A stretch of DNA of 64,000 bases from Patescibacteria group bacterium (GTDB lineage: Bacteria > Patescibacteriota > Patescibacteriia > JAHJFT01), in the NCBI GenBank assembly GCA_028710985.1, contig JAQTTB010000001.1, forward strand, positions 295,397 through 359,396, written 5' to 3'. The translations under genes and the position numbers were made by a program. Position 1 is the stretch's first letter; each line of letters begins with the position of its first letter. This document shows, piece by piece, positions 9,364-18,283 of this stretch. The notes beneath the pieces were generated by a model, which was given only the letters and a program-made list of their open reading frames with translations, searched no databases and was not told the origin of the DNA.

Positions 9364-9700
9364 CTGCCTACGCTCTCGCTGCGCCTGCCTGCCGGCAGGC
9401 AGGCTTGAGCTTCGGCAAGGCGGGCGGTGACACGTCGCTCGCGAGCGACGTGTCGGTGGGAATCGTCCCGATGTTCCGCTGCGCGGAAATCGGGACGATT
9501 CGCGAAACTTAGATCATCATAGATAATCAGGCCACGGCGAGAATTGCACTCGCGCATAGGAGTTTTGCAGACTCCCGCCTTACTGCTTGGCTACGTGGCC
9601 TGATTATCTACGATGTACTTTTAGCTTTTAAAGAAAAGTTTTAGTTTTGCAGATTTACCCGCCGTAGCCCCGATAGCAATCGGGACGAAGGAGGATGGCC
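9361..9700. repeat. palindrome-dense intergenic block (several nested/adjacent inverted repeats) in the divergent PBP1A/polA promoter region
   Basis: Five elements in 340 bp: (1) CCTGCCTGCCGGCAGGCAGG at 9385-9404; (2) 26 nt perfect palindrome GACACGTCGCTCGCGAGCGACGTGTC about 9430-9455; (3) ATCGTCCCGAT..TTCCGCTGCGCGGAA..ATCGGGACGAT about 9458-9497; (4) 17 bp inverted repeat TAGATAATCAGGCCACG / CGTGGCCTGATTATCTA at 9518-9534 and 9596-9612, enclosing two small hairpins; (5) CCCCGATAGCAATCGGGACG about 9672-9691. Confidence 0.6.
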
Positions 9701-9898
9701 ATTCGTTAAAATTTGCTTGTATTGTAGCAAAATTACGCCATGTTTTCAAGAAAATATTCAGTCCGGCACTTTATCGGCTTGGGCATAGCTAAATTATCCG
9801 CCAAACTGTTGATTAAATGGGGAAAAAACATCTAAATTTAGCCAAAAATGCATTTGGCAAAACTTTGAAAATCAGGTAGAATATACATAAATATCTCC

Positions 9899-12565
9899 AT
9901 GAAAGAGCAAAAAAAGAAAACCCTGCTTATTTTGGACGGCAATGCCCTGTTGCATCGCGCCTGGCACGCCTTGCCGCCCCTAACCGACCCCAAGGGCCGG
10001 ATCGTTAACGCGGTTTACGGTTTTATTTCCGTGCTCTTGAAGATGATTAAGGAACAGGCGCCCGAATACATGGCCGTGACTTTCGATAAAGCCGGCCCGA
10101 CTTTCCGGCATGAAGAATTTAAAGAATATAAAGCCACCCGCGTTAAACAGCCGGACGAGCTTTACGCGCAAATCCCCATGGTCAAGGATATTTTGCGTGT
10201 TTTTAATATTCCGGTATTTGAAGCCGCGGGTTATGAAGCCGACGACGTCATCGGTACGCTTTCCCGCATTCTTGATCCGCGTATGGACGTTGATTCAGTC
10301 ATTGTCACCGGCGACATGGATACTCTTCAGCTCGTTGACCGGAACACCCGGGTTCTGGCTTTCGTGAAGGGTTTGAGCCAGGCCACCCTCTATGGCGAGT
10401 CTGAGGTGCGCGAGCGCTACGGCCTCCCGCCCGATCATCTCATTGATTACAAAGCAATTGCCGGCGACGCGTCCGACAATATTCCCGGCGTGCCGGGCAT
10501 TGGTCCAAAGGGCGCCGGTGATTTGATTCGCGAATTTGACAGTCTGGAGAATGTGTATCACGAGGTTAAAGTCCATCCGGAAAAGTTTAAAAAAGGCACT
10601 TTGGAAAAATTACAAAAAGGTGAAAAAATGGCCAAATTAAGTCAAAAACTGTCCAAGATTATTATTGACGTGCCCATTAAGTTCGCGTTGGAAAAATGCG
10701 AGCTTGGCAAGTGGAACCGCGACGAAATGGTTGCCGCGCTTGGTGAATTTGGATTCAAGTCACTTATTGCGAAATTGCCCGGCGCGGAATCGGAAAATAA
10801 GGGAACGATGGAACAAGGGAACAATAGAACAAGCGGGCGGGTAGGCTCTATCCGGGAGATGGAAAAAGCATTGGCCGGAATTGCCAGAGAAAAACAAATC
10901 GCCGTGGCTGCGGAGATTGGGGCGGCCGGGCTTTTCGGTGCGAGCCTTGCCGGTCTGGCGGTTTATTTTCCGGAATCGGGCGCGCAGTTTTTTGATCTTG
11001 CAAGATTATCAAAAACCGATTTAAAAAAATTCGTCGATCTCGCGGCGCCGGTTCTTGAAAATGAAAATATAAAAAAAATCGGCCATGACCTGAAGCGCGA
11101 AGCCGCATTGCTCGCAGGGCAGGGCATCCGCTTGGCTGGTTTTGATTTTGATGTCATGATTGCCGCCTATCTCCTGTCATCCGGCACGCGGAGTTATGAC
11201 CTTGAGTCCGTCATACTGCAGGAATTCGGCGAGGAGATGAAAATCGGAACCGCGGACTCGGCGGCAAATAAGATAAAGCGCATCTGGGATCTTCGGGACG
11301 CGCTTGAGCCGCGTCTTAGCGAGGCCGGCATGGCCAAATTGTTTCAGGAGATCGAAATGCCGCTCGTGCCCGTCCTTGCCGCCATGGAGCAGATCGGCGT
11401 GAAGATTGATTCCGGTTTTTTAAATAAAATGGCAGTAAAAGTAGATGAGAGCATTGAAAAGCTCAGCAAGAAAATTTATAAAATGGCCGGCGGTGAATTC
11501 AATATCAATTCTCCGACCCAGCTCAAGGAAGTGCTTTTCGAAAAACTTGCCATTTCCCCGGCCGGCATCCGCCGCGGCAAGACCGGGCTTTCCACCGCCG
11601 CGCCGGAACTTGAAAAAATGCGTGGTCAGCATGAGATTATTGATTTGATTTTTGAGCACCGCGAACTCGCTAAGCTCAAAAGCACCTATATTGACGCCCT
11701 GCCCCGGCTGGTTGATAACGCGTCCGGCCGCGTACATACGAGTTTCAATCAGACCGTAACTTCAACCGGCCGGCTCTCCTCTTCAAACCCCAACCTGCAA
11801 AACATTCCCATCCGCTCCGAACTTGGCCGTGAAATCCGCAAGGCTTTTATCGCCGAGCCGAAGAATCTTTTGGTTGCGGCCGATTACTCGCAGATTGAAC
11901 TTCGCATTGTTTCCGCCTTGGCCGGCGATGAGCGCATGATCCAGGCGTTCCGCGAGAAACGCGACATTCATACCGCCACGGCGGCGGCCATCTGGGGCGT
12001 TCCGGAAGACAAAGTTGATAAAGATATGCGCCGATCCGCGAAAGCCATAAATTTCGGCATCATTTACGGCCAGGGGCCGCGCGGTCTCGCGCAGTCGGCG
12101 GGCATAAGTTACGCCCAAGCCGAAGAATTTATTCGCAAATATTTTGAGGTTTACTCCGGCGTGGCCGAGTACATGGAGCGTACCCGCGCTCTGGCGCGGG
12201 AGTTTGGTTATGTTGAAACAATTTTTGGCCGGCGGCGTTATCTTCCGGAAATTAATTCCCACGTGGCCCAGCTTCAGGCCGCGGCCGAACGCATGGCCAT
12301 CAACATGCCGGTGCAAGGCGCGGCCGCGGATATCATGAAAATCGCCATGATTAAGATCCACGCCGGCTTGTCCAAGATTTCCCCGAAGTCAAAAATGATT
12401 CTGCAGGTGCATGACGAACTGGTGTTTGAGGTGCCGGAGACTGAGGCGAAAAAAGTTGCGGCTTTCGCGCAGGAAGAAATGGAGAGCGCGGCCAAACTCG
12501 CGGTGCCCATCGTCGTTGAAGTCGAGTCCGGTAAAAATTGGGGGAGCATGGATAAGATTATATAG
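9899..12565 (+). CDS. polA: DNA polymerase I
   Basis: 888 aa. N-terminal 5'-3' exonuclease/FEN domain (LLILDGNALLHRAWHA...GDASDNIPGVPGIGPK). Central 3'-5' exo-like region. C-terminal polymerase motif A (AADYSQIELRI), motif B (RRSAKAINFGIIYGQ) and motif C (LQVHDELVFEV). Confidence 0.95.
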   Translation: MKEQKKKTLLILDGNALLHRAWHALPPLTDPKGRIVNAVYGFISVLLKMIKEQAPEYMAVTFDKAGPTFRHEEFKEYKATRVKQPDELYAQIPMVKDILRVFNIPVFEAAGYEADDVIGTLSRILDPRMDVDSVIVTGDMDTLQLVDRNTRVLAFVKGLSQATLYGESEVRERYGLPPDHLIDYKAIAGDASDNIPGVPGIGPKGAGDLIREFDSLENVYHEVKVHPEKFKKGTLEKLQKGEKMAKLSQKLSKIIIDVPIKFALEKCELGKWNRDEMVAALGEFGFKSLIAKLPGAESENKGTMEQGNNRTSGRVGSIREMEKALAGIAREKQIAVAAEIGAAGLFGASLAGLAVYFPESGAQFFDLARLSKTDLKKFVDLAAPVLENENIKKIGHDLKREAALLAGQGIRLAGFDFDVMIAAYLLSSGTRSYDLESVILQEFGEEMKIGTADSAANKIKRIWDLRDALEPRLSEAGMAKLFQEIEMPLVPVLAAMEQIGVKIDSGFLNKMAVKVDESIEKLSKKIYKMAGGEFNINSPTQLKEVLFEKLAISPAGIRRGKTGLSTAAPELEKMRGQHEIIDLIFEHRELAKLKSTYIDALPRLVDNASGRVHTSFNQTVTSTGRLSSSNPNLQNIPIRSELGREIRKAFIAEPKNLLVAADYSQIELRIVSALAGDERMIQAFREKRDIHTATAAAIWGVPEDKVDKDMRRSAKAINFGIIYGQGPRGLAQSAGISYAQAEEFIRKYFEVYSGVAEYMERTRALAREFGYVETIFGRRRYLPEINSHVAQLQAAAERMAINMPVQGAAADIMKIAMIKIHAGLSKISPKSKMILQVHDELVFEVPETEAKKVAAFAQEEMESAAKLAVPIVVEVESGKNWGSMDKII

Positions 12566-12586
12566 AATATTTCTTTTGTAATATTT

Positions 12587-14668
12587 ATGAAAGATACAAT
12601 CAACGCTAGCGTGACAAGAAGCAGGGTCTCCATATTCTGTACCCACGCGATTGAAATGCTGTGGTTATTTTTGCTCGTGGCCCTGCCGCTGTTTTATTAC
12701 CGTTCACATCAGTCGTTTAACATGCCAAAAATCCAGCTCATGTGCATTACGGTCGCGTTCATGATTGCCATCTGGATTATAAAAAGTATTGAGGGGCGCC
12801 GTTTTACTGTACGCGGCGGAGCCATGCTCTGGCTCATGACCGCTTATTTCGGCGTCATGGCCTTGTCCACGATTTTTAGTTTCTACCCTGCGGCCAGCTG
12901 GTGGGGCACTTACATCCGTTTTGAAGGCATGATTACCTATCTGTTTTATTTTTCCGCTTTTTATTTAATTTTCTGGCATCTCCGGACTTTGACGCAGGCC
13001 TATCGGTTTTTTATGGTGGCAGCGCTCGCCTCTTTGCCGGTTTCGATTTATGGCTTTTTTCAATACTATGGCTATGACTTTTTGAAATTTACAGAGGACG
13101 CGTCCGGTTTTTCGGAAATCATTTCTACTCTGGGAAATTCGCTTTATCTCTCCGATTATCTGATCATGGTACTGCCGCTCGCCTTTGCCCTGGCACTGAT
13201 CGCGAAACGCTGGTATTGCCGCGCCGCTTGGCTCGCGCTTGTATTTACGGATATATATGCCCTGGTGCTCACCGGTAAGCGTTCGGGCTTTGTTGCTCTC
13301 GTCGTCATGGCGGCAATCGGCGGATTCCTTTTGCTCTGGCGTTGGCGCCGGTCAATTGCCATCGCCGTTGGCGCGGTTGGGCTTGCCGCGGTTCTGATGC
13401 TCGCTTTCAATTTCAACACCCTATCGCAATCAGGCCTGGTCCAGAATACACCCTATCTGCGGAGAGTCGCGAGCATTTTTAATTTTGAAGACATTACAAT
13501 CAAAGAGCGTTTAGCGGTTTGGCAGCTTGCGGTCGGTTTTATTATGGATCGCCCGATCATCGGCCACGGCGTGGAAACTTTTGGTTATGTATTTAATGCC
13601 CAATATCCGCCGTCTTTTACCGCAATGCCGGAAACGATTTTTGACCGCGCCCACAATTTATTTCTGGATACCGCATTTAATGTTGGGCTGGTCGGCTTCG
13701 TTATATATCTTGCCATCTTTGGCTTGGCCATATTTCAGAGCTTGAAGATTTTTTTCAGAGAGAAAAATCAATGGTTCTCATATCTCAGCTGGGGAATCTG
13801 CGTGGCGCTCATAGGTTTTGTGGCTCACAACCAGTTTATGTTTGAAAACGCGGCAACGCGATACTTCCTTTTTTCATATTTTGCCGTGGCTGCGGCGATT
13901 CCGCTTGCGATCCAACGTGAACGTAAAATTGCTGCCGTGCCAGCTGAGCCGATCAGGCCGACGGAAAAAATTAAATTCTGGGCATCCCCGGAATACAAAA
14001 TTATTTATTACGCCATACTGATTGCGGCCCTGGCTTATTCGGTAAAATTTCACATCTTTCCAATTTCCGGAGACTTTTTCTATAATAGGGCGTTGAGTTT
14101 CGGCAGTCTGGCGGATAAAAATATGCGGGAAGTTGAATTAGAAAAAGCCATGTACTATATTCCGGATTACCGGTCCGCTGTTTATTATCAGAGAATGGGC
14201 GCTGACTGTTTTATTTATGCACAGAATATAAAAGACGAAACACGCGATGTCAGTTTTGAAAAAAGCATTAACTGGTACAATGAGGCCGCGGAAAAAGATC
14301 CCTGGCGCTACCAAATTTTTCAGGAAGAAGCGCAGGTTTTCATGATTTGGAGCAAATTTACCACCGATGAGGCCGTGGCTCAGGAGAGGCGGGATCAGGC
14401 AAACATACTATTTGAAAAATCGGTCTCTCTAAGTCCCGGTCGTCAATCAATATATTGGGACTGGGGCCGCGCTTTAATCAACATCAAACTTTGGGATAAA
14501 GGCATTATTAAATATCAGCACGCGATCGATATGGATCCTTTGATCGGCCGGTCGTATTTTGAACTGGGCAAGGCATACCGCGATACGAGCGAGCCGGAAA
14601 AAGCGCGGGAAGCGTTCGATAAAGCAATTGAGCTTGGTTACACCGGCGATGAGAGCGATCCACTCTAA
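12587..14668 (+). CDS. O-antigen ligase/Wzy_C-like polytopic membrane protein with C-terminal TPR repeats
   Basis: 693 aa. About 12 hydrophobic helices. A large loop reads ...LVLTGKRSGFVALVVMAAIGG..., consistent with Wzy_C-type proteins. The C-terminal about 200 aa is TPR-like (YYQRMGADCF...FELGKAYRDTSEPEKAREAFDKAIELGY). A paralog lies at 48870-51377. Confidence 0.55.
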   Translation: MKDTINASVTRSRVSIFCTHAIEMLWLFLLVALPLFYYRSHQSFNMPKIQLMCITVAFMIAIWIIKSIEGRRFTVRGGAMLWLMTAYFGVMALSTIFSFYPAASWWGTYIRFEGMITYLFYFSAFYLIFWHLRTLTQAYRFFMVAALASLPVSIYGFFQYYGYDFLKFTEDASGFSEIISTLGNSLYLSDYLIMVLPLAFALALIAKRWYCRAAWLALVFTDIYALVLTGKRSGFVALVVMAAIGGFLLLWRWRRSIAIAVGAVGLAAVLMLAFNFNTLSQSGLVQNTPYLRRVASIFNFEDITIKERLAVWQLAVGFIMDRPIIGHGVETFGYVFNAQYPPSFTAMPETIFDRAHNLFLDTAFNVGLVGFVIYLAIFGLAIFQSLKIFFREKNQWFSYLSWGICVALIGFVAHNQFMFENAATRYFLFSYFAVAAAIPLAIQRERKIAAVPAEPIRPTEKIKFWASPEYKIIYYAILIAALAYSVKFHIFPISGDFFYNRALSFGSLADKNMREVELEKAMYYIPDYRSAVYYQRMGADCFIYAQNIKDETRDVSFEKSINWYNEAAEKDPWRYQIFQEEAQVFMIWSKFTTDEAVAQERRDQANILFEKSVSLSPGRQSIYWDWGRALINIKLWDKGIIKYQHAIDMDPLIGRSYFELGKAYRDTSEPEKAREAFDKAIELGYTGDESDPL

Positions 14669-14670
14669 AC

Positions 14671-14760
14671 GAGAATCTAGTAGCTAGAATCTAGAATCTA
14701 GCCGTTTAAAGCAGGTTTACCCCTCAATAAAAGACTAGATTCTAGATTCTAGATTCTAAG
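14671..14760. repeat. empty hairpin of the TCTAGA-type low-complexity inverted-repeat family (left arm GAGAATCTAGTAGCTAGAATCTAGAATCTAG, 27 nt spacer, right arm AAAAGACTAGATTCTAGATTCTAGATTCTAAG)
   Basis: The arms are reverse complements. It fills the whole gap between the waaL-like stop (14668) and the holA start (14763). The same arm family flanks the four-helix-bundle gene at 23998-24342 and recurs at 27095-27290. Confidence 0.65.
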
Positions 14761-14762
14761 TT

Positions 14763-15704
14763 ATGATAATACTAATTCACGGTCAAGACACCTTCCGCTC
14801 ACGGCAGAAACTACGCGAGCTTATTTTGAGTTTTAAGCAAAAATTTGATACCAATGGTTTGAATTTGATTTCTTTTAAAGAGAGTTCTACCACCGACGAA
14901 CTTTTTCAGGCCGCGGCCACGGCCCCATTTCTCGCGCCCAAAAAAATGGTCATTGCCGAGAATATAAGCCAGCGGGTAAAGGACTGGGACGTCATCGCTC
15001 CGCTCTGGAAGCGTGTTCCGGATGAGACTATTCTCGTGCTTTGGGAAGAGGCGGAAGAGAAAAGTCTGAGCAAGGCCTTTGCGGGCTTGCCGAAGAAAGA
15101 TGTATTTTTTTATGAATATTCCCCACTCTCGCCGGCCGAAACGCGGCGCTGGCTCGTGGACCGCTGCCGCGAAAAAAAGATTTCCATCCGGCCGGCCGTG
15201 CTTGACCTCCTGACCGAAAAAGTCGGATTTGATCTTTGGCGGCTGGATTCCGAACTTGATAAGCTTTCGGCGCGCGCCGCAGGCAAGGAAATCACAAAAC
15301 AGCACATTGACGAGTTGGTTGACACGCGGCTTGAAGATAATATATTTCTTTTTTGCGACGCGTTGGCGCAGAAAAACACCAAGTTGGCGCTGGATTTGCT
15401 TGAGCGATTAATGCGCTCCGGGGTCAATGAGTTTGAACTCTTGGGTAAGCTCATTTGGCAGTTTAGGATATTACTCAAGATGCGTTCATATTTTGATGAT
15501 GATCCGTCGGCCAATTCGGCTCGCGCGGCTAAAGATTTGGGGCTTCACCCGTTCGTGGCGAATAAAAATAGCGCGATTGTCAAAAATTTTAAATCCGCCG
15601 AACTTACTGCTCTGTATAGAAAAGCTCTGGAATTGGAGATCAGCCTCAAGACTGGCCGCGTTGAACCGACTCTCGGGCTGGAGATGCTCGTGGCGGCGAT
15701 ATAG
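14763..15704 (+). CDS. holA: DNA polymerase III delta subunit
   Basis: 313 aa. N-terminus MIILIHGQDTFRSRQKL matches the HolA pattern (IYLLYGEE.F). Overall alpha/beta N-domain, and the length fits. Confidence 0.7.
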   Translation: MIILIHGQDTFRSRQKLRELILSFKQKFDTNGLNLISFKESSTTDELFQAAATAPFLAPKKMVIAENISQRVKDWDVIAPLWKRVPDETILVLWEEAEEKSLSKAFAGLPKKDVFFYEYSPLSPAETRRWLVDRCREKKISIRPAVLDLLTEKVGFDLWRLDSELDKLSARAAGKEITKQHIDELVDTRLEDNIFLFCDALAQKNTKLALDLLERLMRSGVNEFELLGKLIWQFRILLKMRSYFDDDPSANSARAAKDLGLHPFVANKNSAIVKNFKSAELTALYRKALELEISLKTGRVEPTLGLEMLVAAI

Positions 15705-16145
15705 CAATAGAACATCAGAGCAAAAGAACAATGGAACAAAAATATGGCGGATAAGAATGCCTACAGAGAAACTTTAAAGCAAAAGATGGACGAATATGTC
15801 CATCTTGTTTATAAAGTCACTAGAAATTTTCCGGCTGAAGAAAGATTCGGTTCAGCGTCGCAGTTGCGTCGGTCGGCTTTATCGGTAATTTTGAACTATA
15901 TTGAGGGATTCGCTCGCATAAGATTAAATGTAAAATTAAATTTTCTTGAAATCGCTTATGGCTCACTCAAAGAATCAAAATATTTGATATATTTCTCAAT
16001 GAAGGAAGGGTATATATTCAAAGAAGATTACCAGACCCTAATCGGACTTGCCGACAATATCGGGGCCATGCTCTGGTCTGAAATAGCGCAAGGCAGTAAA
16101 AAGCGAGACAAAAATTGACTTGTTCTTTGTTCTGTTGTTCTATTG
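15705..16145 (+). mobile_element. IVS-like cassette A: four-helix-bundle protein gene enclosed by imperfect low-complexity inverted repeats (left CAATAGAACATCAGAGCAAAAGAACAATGGAACAA, right CTTGTTCTTTGTTCTGTTGTTCTATTG)
   Basis: Arms at 15705-15739 and 16119-16145 are reverse-complementary (ttgttc/gaacaa motifs). They abut the start and stop codons of the enclosed ORF. Confidence 0.6.
15744..16118 (+). CDS. four-helix-bundle protein (23S rRNA intervening-sequence protein family, TIGR02436-like)
   Basis: 124 aa. Family hallmarks: ...LVYKVTRNFPAEERFGSASQLRRSALSVILNYIEGFAR...IAYGSLKESKYLIYFSMKEGYI. Three paralogs elsewhere in the window share the SQ(L/M)RR(A/S)AxSIxxNIAEG core. Confidence 0.85.
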   Translation: MADKNAYRETLKQKMDEYVHLVYKVTRNFPAEERFGSASQLRRSALSVILNYIEGFARIRLNVKLNFLEIAYGSLKESKYLIYFSMKEGYIFKEDYQTLIGLADNIGAMLWSEIAQGSKKRDKN

Positions 16146-16210
16146 TTGAAATACCGCAAGAAAACAAAAACCAGCCTAGATTATCTTGGGCCGGTTTTTT
16201 AAATATACTC

Positions 16211-16483
16211 TTACTTGGCTGCGAATTTCCGATTGTACGCCTTGGTGAGCCGCGAAACATTGCGCCGGCTAGTGTTAGCCGGAATGGCATGAGACTTGGC
16301 GGCCTTGGCAGACCTCGTCTGTAATTGTAAGAGAAGTTTTTTTGCATCATCCTTTTTGTCGGAGGCAATCGCCTTAAGGAGATGCTTTTTAATTGTATCC
16401 AATTCACCGGTCAAGGCGGCATTTTTCGCGGTTCGGACCTTGCTTTTCCGGAGCTCCTTGGCCGCGGATTTTTTGATTGGCAT
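16211..16483 (-). CDS. rpsT: 30S ribosomal protein S20
   Basis: 90 aa basic protein (MPIKKSAAKELRKSKVRTAKNAALTGELDTIKKHL...), the S20 signature. Confidence 0.9.
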   Translation of the reverse strand: MPIKKSAAKELRKSKVRTAKNAALTGELDTIKKHLLKAIASDKKDDAKKLLLQLQTRSAKAAKSHAIPANTSRRNVSRLTKAYNRKFAAK

Positions 16484-16521
16484 AAATAAAATTTGATAAA
16501 AATAAATTGATTAATCGTATC

Positions 16522-17562
16522 TTACGATAAATCCGCCGGCTTGTCAAGTTGCTTGGGTTCAACCAAGTCCTCGCTGCCGGTTAGTTTATTCATGTCCTTG
16601 TTAATTTTGGCAAATTCCTTGTAGGCAGAATTATAAGTATTCACCACAGTGCCAAATTGATCGCCAAGTTTAATTAAATAATTATCAAAATTTAGATAGT
16701 GCTTGTTAAGTTTTTGCAGACCGGCGATAACCTCTTTAATATTTTCTTCAACCTTCAAAGCCTTTAAAGCCTGCAAAATCGTCTGCAGATAAGCGATAAA
16801 CGTGGTCGGTGAAACAATGACAACCTTTTTGCTGTTGGCATATTCAATCAGGTTCTGGGAACTGACGTCAACCGCGCCGACGGTCGCAATGAGCAAACTG
16901 TAATATACGCCTTCGGCCGGAATAAACATGAGTGCGAAATCAGTGGTGTTTTCATTTGGCCGGATGTATTTGCTTGTTTCGTCAATGCGTAGTTTTAAGT
17001 CTTGTTTAAATTCGCGTTCAAGCAAATTTCGGCGCACTTTGTCATTTTCTTCCTGGATTAGATTATATTTTTCCAGAGAAAATTTTGCGTCAATGGGGAT
17101 GATTTTGTCGCGGACAAATATTGCGGCATCAACAATTTCGCCGTTTTTGAAAGCGTACTGCATGGTGAAGTGATTGGGGGGCAAAACGTTGGATAAAACC
17201 GATTCAAGAAAGTATTCCCCCAAAATACCACGATGTTTGGGGTTTTTTAGAATATTTTCCAGGCTCTGCAATTGTGATGCAAAATTAACCACCTGTTTGT
17301 TTGTGGCATCAAGTTGTTCAAGTCGGGCAGTAACAGACTGGATTAAGCGGCTGGAGTCGCCGGATTGCTTTTGCAAAAAATCCAGGTTCTTCTCAAGTGA
17401 AGATTTAAGTTCGCTTTGGATTTCCTTGACCTGGGTTTGCAGATCTTTAAGCCCACGGTCCTGATTCGTGTCAGTATTGCGTTTTGAAAAAACAAAATAA
17501 GCCAGCAAAATGATCAAGGCAATAAGCAGTAATAGTAAAAACATTGATAGATAGTTTTGCAT
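16522..17562 (-). CDS. rmuC: DNA recombination protein RmuC
   Basis: N-terminal TM helix, then a long coiled coil (LQTQVKEIQSELKSSLEKNLDFLQKQS...), then the conserved RmuC C-terminal domain (VDAAIFVRDKIIPIDAKFSLEKY...FALMFIPAEGVYY). The start is taken at MQNYLSMFLLLL (17562) rather than the longer ORF start at 17604. Confidence 0.7.
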   Translation of the reverse strand: MQNYLSMFLLLLLIALIILLAYFVFSKRNTDTNQDRGLKDLQTQVKEIQSELKSSLEKNLDFLQKQSGDSSRLIQSVTARLEQLDATNKQVVNFASQLQSLENILKNPKHRGILGEYFLESVLSNVLPPNHFTMQYAFKNGEIVDAAIFVRDKIIPIDAKFSLEKYNLIQEENDKVRRNLLEREFKQDLKLRIDETSKYIRPNENTTDFALMFIPAEGVYYSLLIATVGAVDVSSQNLIEYANSKKVVIVSPTTFIAYLQTILQALKALKVEENIKEVIAGLQKLNKHYLNFDNYLIKLGDQFGTVVNTYNSAYKEFAKINKDMNKLTGSEDLVEPKQLDKPADLS

Positions 17563-18114
17563 ATAACAGTATTTTAGCACGATAAAGCAAGGCAGGCAAG
17601 TCACAAATGACCATATTTTGCGAATCTTATTTTAAAGTAAAATTACACAATATATTAGTATTCATATCCTCGCTTGTCGTGAAACTAGTTGATTTATCGC
17701 AGATTATGCGCGTCAGAGCCGGTTTGACTAAATATGCTACGAAATTCCGTTAAACTGTATCACAATTTGATGCAGTTCGTTGTATTTATAGAGGAAATAT
17801 CGCTTATCTGCTCAGCCGATGAGTAAAAGGAGGTGAGAGTGGAGGCTATCGCAAGGAAGACGAAGTTGAGGAGCTGCGTGGAATTTAAAACAATTGATTG
17901 AAAAATCGCGAGTACATTGGCCGGTCGTGTCCGTCTCTTCAACTCGTGGAGTGGGTGCAAAGAGGAAAAAATAGTTCCTTGAAAATGGTCAAAAAACCGT
18001 CTATGGGATCGTTAACAGGGCTAACGAAGAAAAAGTTCCACATGAAACTATTTTAAAGATAAACATACTAGATGTCTAAGTAAGACTAGACAAAGACTTT
18101 TTAACCCATAAATC

Positions 18115-18194
18115 TGTGGATAAGTTGTCTGAAAAATCAAAAAATAGCTTAAAATCAGGTGATTTAAAAACAATGAACAATTTATTTATCCACA
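18115..18194. promoter_or_regulatory. two perfect consensus DnaA boxes in inverted orientation (TGTGGATAA 18115-18123; TTATCCACA 18186-18194) in a 670 bp AT-rich non-coding region
   Basis: Each is an exact 9-mer match to the canonical DnaA box. The surrounding sequence is strongly AT-rich with A/T tracts. They lie 70-150 bp upstream of the promoter at 18233-18261. Confidence 0.6.
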
Positions 18195-18232
18195 GATAGC
18201 TATTTTTTAGCTAATTTTAGCGAAATTTAGAA

Positions 18233-18261
18233 TTGAAAATAGCCCTAATTCATGCTATAAT
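18233..18261 (+). promoter_or_regulatory. sigma70-type promoter TTGAAA-17-TGcTATAAT driving the surface-protein gene cluster
   Basis: -35 TTGAAA at 18233-18238. 17 nt spacer. Extended -10 TGCTATAAT at 18253-18261. Start codon at 18284. Confidence 0.5.
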
Positions 18262-18283
18262 ATAGAGTGAAAATCTAACAAAC

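Noticed and set aside
11783-12361. 192 aa minus-strand ORF inside polA
   Set aside because: It is antisense to the well-supported polymerase domain with motifs A, B and C. No independent features.
17760-17960. 66 aa ORF in the AT-rich gap carrying the DnaA boxes
   Set aside because: Short. No RBS. Hydrophobic low-complexity translation. The region is better explained as non-coding regulatory or origin DNA.
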